Positions 24,646 through 34,500 of a stretch of 64,000 bases of DNA are shown here, piece by piece. Source of the stretch: Lama guanicoe (Eukaryota). Below the pieces are notes generated by a model that saw only the letters and a program-made list of their open reading frames with translations, ran no database searches and was not told the origin of the DNA. The stretch lies in NCBI GenBank assembly GCA_013239625.1, contig MU054823.1, positions 152,305 to 216,304 of the forward strand, in the 5' to 3' direction. The first letter of the stretch is position 1. Every line of letters begins with the position of its first letter. The translations under genes and the position numbers were made by a program.

Positions 24646-25471
24646 CATCTCCACCTGCCTTCTCCCGTGTCCGGCCCTTTGGTGGCCTCGCGGTCCCTTT
24701 TCCCGTCTCTCTCTCCGGATGCTTCACCAGCCGGCTCCTCCTCCTCTTGGCCCCCGTCCTGCTCCGGCCCACACCAGCTCCTCTCCTCTTTCCATGGCTT
24801 CTCCCGCTGCACGTCCTTTCCAAGAGGGCCGTGTCCACACCGCGGGCATCCACACCGCACTGCCCTCTCTGCTTGTGCATCCGTCCCCGGCTCTCCATCC
24901 GGCTCTCCATCTCCTTGTCTCCATTCCTTTGCTTCTGGAGCTCCTGCCCCACCTGCGTTGTCCCTCTTCCTTCTTTTGTCTTTTCTGGAAACCGCAGTCT
25001 CTGCTGCGGACTCGTTACCTGCTCCGAATTTTTCATTTTCTTCTTTCTTAGTTTCTTCAGCCCACGTGTCTTCCCCCTCCTCATCTTCACCCTGTGACTG
25101 CCTCCTCGCCACCAAGCCTCCCACCCCTCCAGTGTGGCCAGCTTCCCTGTCGGGGGCGCTTCTCTGGCCACGGGCTGCGCACCCTCCCTGCTGGCTCCCA
25201 GCCCGCAGCCCCTCTGTGCAGCCGCCCTCCTGCCGCAGCCGTGCGGCCCCCTCCGGTCCCCGCCACCCTTCTGCAGCATCCATGTCCTGGTCTGTATCCC
25301 AGTGCCTTTCTTCTCAAGCCCTTCCTGCCTTTTCTCTTCCAATTTTCTCTCTTTATTTTTCTTCCGTCTGCCTTTCACTTTCACCCCGTCCTTTCCTTGG
25401 CTTGCATCCACGAGCTCCTCCTCTCCCACTCCCGGGGTGCTGGCCCGCATAGTCCTGTCCCCAGAGGACAC
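24646..25471 (-). pseudogene. Large upstream exon of a putative long TOP1MT isoform (charged N-terminal region ending GRWRW)
   Basis: Acceptor gttcaccag at 25472 and donor TG|gtatgt at 24645. Purine-rich and K/E/R-rich. The last codons GGC AGG TGG AGA TG join the leading G of exon 2. The 5' part reads best in a different frame, implying a frameshift or stops at 25353 and 25314. Confidence 0.7.
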
Positions 25472-25985
25472 CTGGTGAACACCAAGCGCCATCTTCCTCT
25501 GGTCTCCAGGGCCTCAGAACCGTGCACAGGAGAGAGAACACCATGAGTGGGCCACACGCCACAGGCAGTGCCCACAGGGTCACACACCCGCAGTGACCAC
25601 TTCACTCGCCACATCCTGCTCTGCCCTCCCCTGCAGGGGCTGCCATCAGAGGATCACCCACACCCAGACCCTGCATTTCTACTGCCTCTGATGGAGCTTT
25701 GGAAAACGGCTTGTCTCAGCCCTTGTGGCCATGGCAGGAGGGGAACCCAGGACAGTGCACTCGCCTCAGGGCACAAATACCTCTGGGGAAGGGCATGGGA
25801 GGAGGAGCTATTCCGATGCCACCCCCCCACCCCCGCTAGGCTCCTCAGACTCGTTTCACAATAAATTCCTATCAGACCATTAAGACATAAGGCCATTCGT
25901 TGTCTTCTCGTATTTTCAAGAACAAACATCACGCAAGCAAGAATGCCTACAGTCGGTCATGAACATCGCACCTGAGGATGCTTAC

Positions 25986-26052
25986 CTGGCCTTTTTTCTT
26001 GGATGTCTTTTCGTGGTTATTCGTCTTCACTGGCTTGGTGGTCTGTGCAGAT
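25986..26052 (-). pseudogene. Putative upstream exon (SAQTTKPVKTNNHEKTSKKKGQ)
   Basis: tttgtattctag|67 nt|CAG gtaagc; only the phase 2->0 frame is open, and it is Lys-rich. Confidence 0.55.
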
Positions 26053-26440
26053 CTAGAATACAAACTCATAAATATTTACATCTCCCGTCACTTAGAAAGC
26101 CTACCATTTTGAAATCAGAAGGAAAGATTCAAAATAGCCAACATTGGAGACTATGAAGTCTCCCACCTTTTTAAGGGGCTTTTTCCTATTCTTCATAATA
26201 TGCTTGGTAAACATAAGCATATTCACAGGACACCCGAGGGCAAGGGGTTAATGAGCACAGCTCCAGTCTGGCACTACTGAGCTGCTGGAAGTTATGAAAG
26301 CTGGCCCGTCTCCTGCCAGTGGGAGACCTCCTGAGGCTGTGGAAAGAGTGGCCGGTGGAGCCAGCCCCGTCACCCATCAGGCCTGCCCCATCCATACTAT
26401 GACTGCCTAGGAGTCATGAACTTAGAAAAACAGTCCTTCT

Positions 26441-26603
26441 GGAGGGAGGGTACAGCTCAGTGGCAGAGCGTATGCTTAGCATGCACAAGGTCCTGGGTTC
26501 AATCCCCCATACCTGTGTTTAAACGATAAATGAAAATGAATAAATAAATAAACTTAATTACCCTCCCCACAAAAAAGAAAAAGATTGGAAAAACAAAAAG
26601 GAA
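26441..26603 (+). mobile_element. tRNA-derived SINE, camelid Vic-1-like, with target-site duplication
   Basis: ggagggtacagctcagtggcagagcg (A box)...cctgggttcaatccc (B box), A-rich tail, flanked by aaaaa(c/g)agtccttc at 26426-26439 and 26604-26617. Confidence 0.85.
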
Positions 26604-26814
26604 AAAAAGAGTCCTTCAGAAGTAACCTTTAAGAAGTAGTAAGTGTGAGAAAACACATTCAGAAACAAAACCCAAGCTAAACCGAGAGAAGACCAGACAT
26701 AAGGCCTAGGCAGGAATGGGGCACAACCTCCGCTGCCCCCCCAAACAGTCGCATGGAAGGGCCCAGGGGTGGGGCAGGCACTAGGTTCTGAGGGCAAGGC
26801 CAGCTGACTGACCA

Positions 26815-27485
26815 CCCAAAACCAGCCTACTTCACACCCACTAGGATGGCTACAGCAACAAAGATGGAAAAGCACAAGTGTGGGCACAGGGGTGGGGGGG
26901 GAATCCAGTTCCTCACGCTGCTGGTGGGACCGTACAGTGGAGGAGACATCCCGGAAATCAGCGTCTCAGCTCCTGAACGAGGCGACAGAGAACCACCACG
27001 AGACCCAGCAACTCCATGCCCAGGTGTTCACACGCATACCGCGCATGACTGCTCACAGCAGCAATATTTACAAGCGACCAAAGGTGGAAATCACCCAAGA
27101 TGTCCATCAACAGATGAATGGACAAGCAAAAGGTAGTATATCCAAACAGTAAAACACCTTCAGCCATAAAAATGAATGAAGTACTGACATGCACTACAAT
27201 GTGGGTACATCTCAAAAACATGTTAAGTGAAAGAAGCCAGACACAAAAGGACAAATTCTGTATGAGCCACTTACACGAAATATCCAGCAAAGGCAAATCC
27301 ATAGAAACAAAAAGCTGATTAGTGGTTGTCAGGGGCTAGGGGGAAGGGGAAAACAGGGGCTTTCCCTTTGCGGTGATGAAAAATTCTGGACTTAGTGGTG
27401 ATGGTCACACAGGGCTGTGAATATACTTAATGCCACTGAACTGAACACTCTGAAATGGCTAAAACAATGAATTTTACATCACATG
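26815..27485 (+). mobile_element. LINE-1 3' end (L1M-type)
   Basis: cttcacacccactaggatggct...gatgtccatcaacagatgaatggac...aagtgaaagaagccagacacaaaagg...atatacttaatgccactgaactg. Confidence 0.88.
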
Positions 27486-28080
27486 ATTGTTATCACAATA
27501 AAAACAAACAGGAAAGGAAAGTCTCCCCAAATCTCTGACATCTCGCACAAGGGAAAGGCAAGAGCAGGAACAGAGCAGGAGGCGCAGCAGCAATCCCGCC
27601 TCCATCCATGGCTCGGGGGCCGCGCAAGGGCCCCGTGCCGCTCCTGGGCCACACGTTTCTGTCTGTCTGGCCAAGCACTTTTGTCAGATTTCAACAACGC
27701 TGGACACTTGAGACTTTTCACCGTAACAGTCCCAATTTTGGCTGCACGTGGGCCTGCGGACCCACGCGCCCACACAGCAGTGCGCCCACGGCTCACGGCA
27801 GGGCACACGGGAGGTAGGAGCGAGGGGCAGTCAGGAGAGGGAGCGGCCCATCTTCCCCGAGAGCAGATTACAGGGAACTAACAAACTCCGAGAAAACATC
27901 CAATTAGACTACTTCTGTTCTCCAAGGCCAAGTGATTCACCCCAAACTGGAAATACTACTTAGAGCAACACCGCTTGAACTAACTGTAGAGCTCAGACCC
28001 CGCTCCTCACCAACTGGCGCACAAGCCCTGCCAGGCAGCCGTGCAGTTTCCAGCACTGAAGCTCCCAAAGCAAAACCTAC

Positions 28081-28145
28081 CATGGTTTTTTCCATGAGGT
28101 TTTTCCTTTGTTCCACTGGACAAAGGGAGCTACTGACACTATCAC
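28081..28145 (-). pseudogene. Putative upstream exon (DSVSSSLCPVEQRKNLMEKTM)
   Basis: ttcttgtgtcag|65 nt|ATG gtaggt; phase 1->0, consistent with the preceding candidate exon. Confidence 0.4.
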
Positions 28146-28417
28146 CTGACACAAGAACGTGGTAGAAACCAGACAGGGGAGGTAAAGGGAGGTCAGCGAC
28201 AACTGTACGCCTAATGCCTTTTAAAATGTTTTTGGTTCTAGTCTTTGGACAAGATGTGGTTACACTGATTGTTACCTAGTTTACGATTACTTTTGATTTT
28301 TATTAAAAAGAAAAAGGAGGCAGCTAAGGCAGGGGCCGGTCCTCAGGACATAAGCCTTCTTCCTCTGCTCTCACAGAACATGCAAGAGATTGATTTCTGT
28401 GGCAGGCAGCAGCTCAC

Positions 28418-28476
28418 GTGACCAACTGCTCTATGGTTCTACTGGATTCTTAACTCTGCTTGAGTGAAAGCAAAGA
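28418..28476 (-). pseudogene. Putative upstream exon with an in-frame stop
   Basis: ctccctgtttttaaccag|59 nt|gtgagc; LCFHSSRVKNPVEP*SSWS; phase 2->1. Confidence 0.4.
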
Positions 28477-28624
28477 CTGGTTAAAAACAGGGAGTGCAGG
28501 TTCCAATTCTACTACCCAGGCCGGACTCTGGACAAAAGGTGGTGTCACTGCCGCTCCTGCAGCCCCATCCTCACTATCTCCACCTCACCTCCTGCACAGA
28601 GAAGGGACACAAAATGAACCTTAC

Positions 28625-28744
28625 CTGGTATCTTTTGAAACAGAGAATGTACTTTCTTCTTTCAGGTACAGCTACAAGTCCCAGGAAAATACAGAGTTCA
28701 CTTACTCAGGAACATCTCTGTGTGGCAATAAATGGTTAGAACTT
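28625..28744 (-). pseudogene. Putative upstream exon with two in-frame stops
   Basis: gtcttaacag|120 nt|CAG gtaagg; SSNHLLPHRDVPE*VNSVFSWDL*LYLKEESTFSVSKDT; phase 2->2. Confidence 0.45.
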
Positions 28745-29022
28745 CTGTTAAGACACTAAGCAGACCACCACCAATGTGTCCTGCACGTGACACCTGGGGA
28801 GAACATGACCTGTAGGAAGCGAGCAGGTCAGGTCCAGGCCTCCACGACACCCCCAGCCAGTGGCTGCCCATTCCTCAGAACTCAGCAGAAAGGTGGTGGC
28901 AGCCGAGTCAAAGGATTCCAATCAGTGCCTCACCAAACCCACCGCTCCTCAAACTGACTCTGAGCCCAGGCACAACACAGGAGGCAGCACACCTGCCGAA
29001 ACGGGGGGGAAATGTACTTTAC

Positions 29023-29069
29023 GTGAACACAGAATGCGTATTTTTAGAACTATCAGAATGACATGGAAA
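29023..29069 (-). pseudogene. Putative upstream exon (FPCHSDSSKNTHSVFT)
   Basis: cctttttcag|47 nt|gtaaag; phase 0->2. Confidence 0.45.
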
Positions 29070-29170
29070 CTGAAAAAGGCTTATGGGCAAAAAAGAAAAG
29101 AGAAAGCTGTAACACACCGAAGACTGTAAGTTTAAAAATGGAACGTTAACAGTAAATAAAAGGATCAAAC

Positions 29171-29270
29171 CTGGTCTTTCCCACATCTTCCCTGATTCTT
29201 TTGGTTTGGCTCCTTCACTTTCTGTTTCTTTGGGTTTTCCAGCTTCAGCTGGTCAGTATTCCCCCTCTTC
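29171..29270 (-). pseudogene. Putative upstream exon carrying an NLS (KRGNTDQLKLENPKKQKVKEPNQKNQGRCGKDQ)
   Basis: tttctttcactaaag|100 nt|CAG gtttga; phase 2->0, open, Lys-rich. Confidence 0.6.
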
Positions 29271-29618
29271 CTTTAGTGAAAGAAATATTTTTTATTGAAA
29301 TATAGCAATATTGTAATGTGATTACCAAGGGTGGAAATGCAAAGCCAACACAGATATGGTGTCTCTGACTTGAAGAAACACACACTGCACAGAAAAGTGA
29401 CAGGACCGCTGGCCTCTCTCCTCTCCAGCCCGACACCAGGCTCCTTGCTCCACTCCACCTGGCTCGTGTCCCTGTGCACACGCAACCCCCAGCGCATCTT
29501 CCACAAGTGCAGGGATGGGATCAGTTAGACCAGGCTGTTTCAAGACCTAGACCGGCTCATTAATACAAATCACGATTCGCCCAGCAAAGGTCACTTCTTC
29601 CCAAAACTATTCAGTTAC

Positions 29619-29717
29619 CTTGTGAGGGCAGTCTTATCCTTTACCAAGAACGCCTTCAAATCGGACACCTGACCGTCTCCCATCGCCTCTTCTTTATCTG
29701 TAGTTGTCTGTCTCCAA
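29619..29717 (-). pseudogene. Putative upstream exon with candidate start codon (MGDGQVSDLKAFLVKDKTALTR)
   Basis: tgctttcttacag|99 nt|AAG gtaact; ATG at 29683 in gcgATGg Kozak context; ends phase 2, in frame with the next exon. Confidence 0.6.
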
Positions 29718-30049
29718 CTGTAAGAAAGCACAGAGAGCTCAGATGCATCCCAGAGGACCTCAGACAAGTAGCAGTTCATTCCTAAAGGAGGTGAGCCTAG
29801 GCCCGTATGGCAGGGACAGTCTATGGCCCATCACACCTGTGGCTGGTGGTCCTGCTGGCAAAGCCGACATCTAAAACACACCAACAGCTAATTCACATCA
29901 ACCCACCACCAAGAAGGAGTAAATGCACACTGCTCACGAGGTCTCTGTTGAACAAGTGCACCAGTAGGTGCTAGTCATTCTTGACATTACTACAGAATTA
30001 CTCTCTCCAGGAACAGTTTAAAGGTATTTTTTATACATCATCTTTATAT

Positions 30050-30166
30050 ATATTGGAAGGGGAGGTAATTAAATTTATCCATTTTGATGGAGGTACTGGG
30101 GATTGAATCCAGGACCTCATGCATGATAAGTGCGCTCTCTACCACTGAGCTATAACCTCCCTCGCA
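30050..30166 (-). mobile_element. tRNA-derived SINE, camelid Vic-1-like, with a perfect 15-bp TSD
   Basis: Minus strand reads ggaggttatagctcagtggtagag...cctggattcaatccccagtacctcc; acatcatctttatat is repeated at 30035-30049 and 30167-30181. Confidence 0.88.
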
Positions 30167-30379
30167 ACATCATCTTTATATTTTTAAATATTACAATTAA
30201 GTATCTTGAATGTAGGCATAAACTCCACTAAAAATAACCTGTTTGCCAATTCTAGCTGAGTACTTATGGCTTTAGATACATCAGATCAAAAGGAAAACAA
30301 ACAAAAAAGCTGTAAACTCGCGGTGTTACAAGAGGAAGGCAGATGGAGCTCAGGAAAGGGGGCAGTGCCCCCACGACGA

Positions 30380-30960
30380 GGACGACCCAGGCCCTGGGGT
30401 AGGCCGGTGCGAGAGATTCGGGTTCCAGGGCGGCGCCCCGGCCGAGCCCGGGGACAGAGGGGTTCGCGCGCGTGTGAGCGCGGGTCCAGGCCCTTTTCCG
30501 AGGCGGCCGGCCAGGCCAGCGCCCGAGCAGGAGGCCCCGCGGGGCCCGAGCAGAGGAGGGGGCTTCGGGGAAACGACAGGCTCCGGACCCCGCCGCGCCG
30601 CCCTCGGGCCGCCAAGGCGGGTTCGCGCATGCGCGGGCGCGGCCAGCGAGGTCGGGGAAGGGACACCCTAACCCAGGCGGGGAGGCAGAGCTGGGCCCTC
30701 GCGGAGTGGCGAGGGCGGGTAGGGGGCGCCCAGGGCCAGGACACCCCCCTAGAGGGTCCCTCTCCGGGTCTGCGAAGCTTGGCTTCGTGGGCTCCCGCGG
30801 GCCGAGGCAGACCTCACTGGGCTGGGGTGCGCCCCAGACCCAGGCGTGGCGGTGCTCTGGGCGGCTTTGAATGCTGAATAGTGAAGTGTGAGAAACGCTC
30901 CCGTAGCAATCTGCTCAGCGTGGGCTGATCCGGGGTCCACGGGCCAGCTGACGAGCGCCC
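30380..30960. promoter_or_regulatory. CpG island promoter with NRF1 palindrome GCGCATGCGC (30625-30634)
   Basis: Dense CpG and a perfect NRF1 consensus, immediately upstream of the minus-strand exon chain. Confidence 0.75.
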
Positions 30961-31239
30961 ACTAGGGACGTTGGGTATGCGAGTGATTTCATTAAGCTGC
31001 GCTCTAGGCCGGAGGCTGGGGTGCGAGGCAAGCAAGGCATGTTCTTCGGTGTCCAGAAGGTGGGGAGCATCCTTAACACACAGGGCCTGTGCTAGAAGCA
31101 CGTTGGGGTCTGGGGAGGCGGTCGCAGGAGAAGACACTCAAGCTGAGTCTGGAAAGTTGAGTAGATGTTGGCCAGGACGGCCTGGTAGAGTGGACCCCAG
31201 ACAGAGAGTTGTGCGGACGGAGGCACGGCACAGCGTGTG

Positions 31240-31545
31240 TGCAAGCTCTGAGGTTGGGTTTCCTCAGAAGCAGACCCTTGGTGAAATACTTTATTTGGGC
31301 AGGGGGCCCAGGAAGCACAGGTAGGGGACTAGGGAAGGGAAAGAGGCCAACCCCAGGTGTGCTGAAGAGTAGGTTTGTGCTGTGGGCCCCCACGTGGGGC
31401 CTCTGGGAGAACACAACACACCTCCAGAGTGAGTTAGCTCCAGGCTCCTCCTGTGTGTCATTGCCTGGGGCTGCTTTGGGCCATCAGCTCCCAGGCACTT
31501 ACAGCAAGCCCTGGGCACAGGCCAGCACAGCTGGGCACTGAGAGG
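31240..31545. mobile_element. Ancient ERVL-class LTR fragment
   Basis: ggttgggtttcctcagaagcagaccct...tttatttggg...cccaggaagcac resembles old ERVL LTR termini; subfamily uncertain. Confidence 0.45.
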
Positions 31546-34500
31546 CGCCCACAGGGAGGAGGAGTGGAGTGCATGGAAACAGCCAGAGTCCAGGAGATGT
31601 GAGCTGGGTGCTGAGAGCGTTGGCCAAAGTGTGTGGGCTGGTGTTGGGGAAGGACCTGGCGGGGTGTGGATGGTGCAGGCTCTGGGGTGGGGCACTGTCA
31701 GGTTAGGAATGATGACAACCTGCTTCATTGCATTTCAGGCGATGAATGGGCAGGACAGGAGGGCCTGCAGAAAGCTCAACGCCTGGTCCGGTAGGAGATG
31801 GATGGAGTGAGGATGGTCATCTGAGGATGGTGGGAAAGAGAGGTGTTCAGGATGGCACCCAGGTTCCAGTTCACATGGCTGGGTGGGGCTGTCCCCTACC
31901 CCTAAAACCCATCACAAGGAAAACTGTCTAAAAACATACTTTTGCTGAAAATAGAGGAGGCTATTACAAACATGCTCCGCTTATTTTACAATTTGGTTAT
32001 TGTTTTACAGGTTCTGGTGCCTTTGTCTGAGGTTCTTAAAGATGCCATTTTTCCTGCCTGCTTAACAAATGGACGTTAGGTAAATAGCTGTTTTCCAGCT
32101 TTGGTGAATAATGGCCAGACGGAAGCCTTCTGTCGTGCCGACGGCCTCACACCGCCAGCCGACAGTGTGTGCCACGGAAGCTTTGCATAAAGATGGCATC
32201 TAATCTACAATTGTGCCTGGATTTGCTAGAGCCCCATAGAGGCTGAACTCATTTTATTCAGAACGCCACAGGAACGATAACCAAAAAAGGATACCATGAA
32301 GGCAACATCTATCATATGCTTCTTAAAAAACCCCATTGTCAGCATCAGTGACAATGGCATTACCGCTCAGTCACTGAGATTAAAAATTAGTCATACGTGG
32401 AAAATAGAAACAGGTTTCAGGGAGAGGGACGCTTTGGTTCCACTGAATTATGCCCCCCCTTTTTTTTCGCTTGGTTAATAAATGATGCATATTTTCTGAT
32501 GATACATACTTTCAAGGGTAGCTGTGTCTAGGTGGTCCCGGATTTGGGGTAAGAGCCTTGTCAGTTGACTGGCTGGGCACGTGTGAAAAATATTTTATAA
32601 ATTATATCCAAAACGGTCTGACAATGAAGTACTCAGTTGTGACATCAGTTATCTCCATCTAGAATCTGAATCTTTCTGGATTAGGTCACAGAAGAAAAAG
32701 AATTAAGGGTTTTTTCCTTCCCAGGATCCCAAGCTATCAGTGAGGCATGGTCATTTTCCAGAGCATCACTCAGCTGGCTGTCCGCGCCCTCTCACCGGCT
32801 CAAACCTTGGTGAAACCGTGCCCCCTGCCTTCTGAGCAGCCACATGCCAGCTGGGGCCCTGCACCACCAGGAAGGCCCGCTCCCTGTCCTGAGCCATCCT
32901 CCTCCCCTCCTGTGACCCCCAGCACCCCTCCTTGGCCCACTCCCAGCAGGGCCCCTGCTTCCTGTGTAGGAACAGCCCACAGGGAGCATCTGCATCCTCC
33001 CAACCCCGCCTGTGCCCTGCCTGTGGCCCCCACCCCTCTGCCCTCTCCTGTTCCTGTGGTTGGACTGTTCGTCCCTCTGTCAAAGGCCAGCCAGCCCCTC
33101 GGCCCTCCCCCGACCCCACAGCCAGGTGTCACGCCAGTTCTGTGCTCTCCCCCACCCTGGGCAAAACTCCCAGACACGTGTCCACTTCCTCTCCTCTGGC
33201 TCACTTTTGAGCCTCATCAAAGCAGCCCCTTGTCCCCACGTCCCACTGAGACTCCTTGCTCCCGGCAAGGTCTCCAGCAACCTCCACCACATTCCCTGGC
33301 TTCATTCTGCTGACCGCCAGCAGCATGAGGCGATGTCTTAGTCACCACTTCCCGTGGACCCAATTCCTCGCCAGGTTCCCGGGCAGCACCTGGCCCAACC
33401 CTGCTGCCCCAGTGGCTCTCTGTCTTCCTGACCATGATGCGCTGCCCAGCCCTCTGTGATTTCCAACTCACGTGGCTCTGTTGCAGCCTGCTCCCCGCCT
33501 GGCCTCCGCCCCTCCAGAGTCCAAGGATCTGACGCAGAGTGTTGTGGAGGGGGAGCCCCAGTGGGGAAGAACATGCTGGTGCTTCGGCTGTCTGCCTGAG
33601 ATCAGACCAGTAAATGCCAACTACCGACACCAGCGCTCTGGGCAGCCCAGGGCGTCCTCACCTCGTGCTGTGCTAGGATGAAACTAGTTCCCCAAAGTGG
33701 CCAGAGAAAGGCCATGGAGCCAGGCCACTCTGCCAAATTTACAAGGACAGTAATCTCCCCCGCTTTTCTTGGCCCTCGTCCCTGAAAAGTGCCATTTTCC
33801 CAGAAGCCACCTTCCTTGCTTGGAGCGAGACCTCTCCCTCCCTCCCAACATGTGCACTCAACACCTTTGTGTCCAGGAGGGACGAGAGTGTGGACCTGGC
33901 CTGGGAAGGTCCGGAGTGTGGTGATTGTTCAGGGCCCACAGAGCCCCTCCTGCCAGGGCCCTGGGCTGGGCACCCTGAAGAAGACAGCTCTCGGGAGCTC
34001 CCTCTGCCCCCAAGTGGCTTTTTTGAGGTGCCCTCTGCAAGCCGATGGTCTCAATGGCTCTTTTCTCCCCACAAATGACTCTCAACGTGCCTTCAAATAA
34101 GAATAAATATGCGTGTCTGCTCCCTGGGCTTTGACACCCCTGAGCTGGCCCCAGGACGAGGGTGGGATTGATGGTCCTGTCTCCCCGGGAAGCCAGGTGC
34201 ATCTTTTACTAAAGGTGGTTTCCAAATGATGAATGGGTTTCTCAGAAACACAGAACTGTTGATCGTATTTACAAACAATTCCTTTTTCAGGTCCTGTCCT
34301 CTGGCCTCCTCGTTCCCCGGTGACGCCCCATGGCTGATGCATTGCTGGCTGTTAGCACCATTGATTAAGGCTTCCTGTGGTTCCGAGGTGCCTGGGACTC
34401 CATTTGTCACAGACAAGTGGCTCACACACAGCAGTATATCATGTTCCGTTCCGGCTTTACGATTATTTATTCTTCAACTTATGTTGCGTGCCCTCTAAGT

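Noticed and set aside
24318-25452. Plus-strand ORFs of 259 and 345 aa with hydrophobic or Ser-rich content
   Set aside because: They are the antisense shadow of the purine-rich minus-strand exon.
26441-26515. tRNA gene (also 30090-30165)
   Set aside because: A/B boxes are followed by a SINE body and A-rich tail and flanked by TSDs; these are SINE heads.
28672-28705. 34-nt mini-intron (gtaagt...ttgtag) splitting the 120-nt candidate exon
   Set aside because: It is too short for mammalian splicing and breaks phase; a single exon with two stops fits better.
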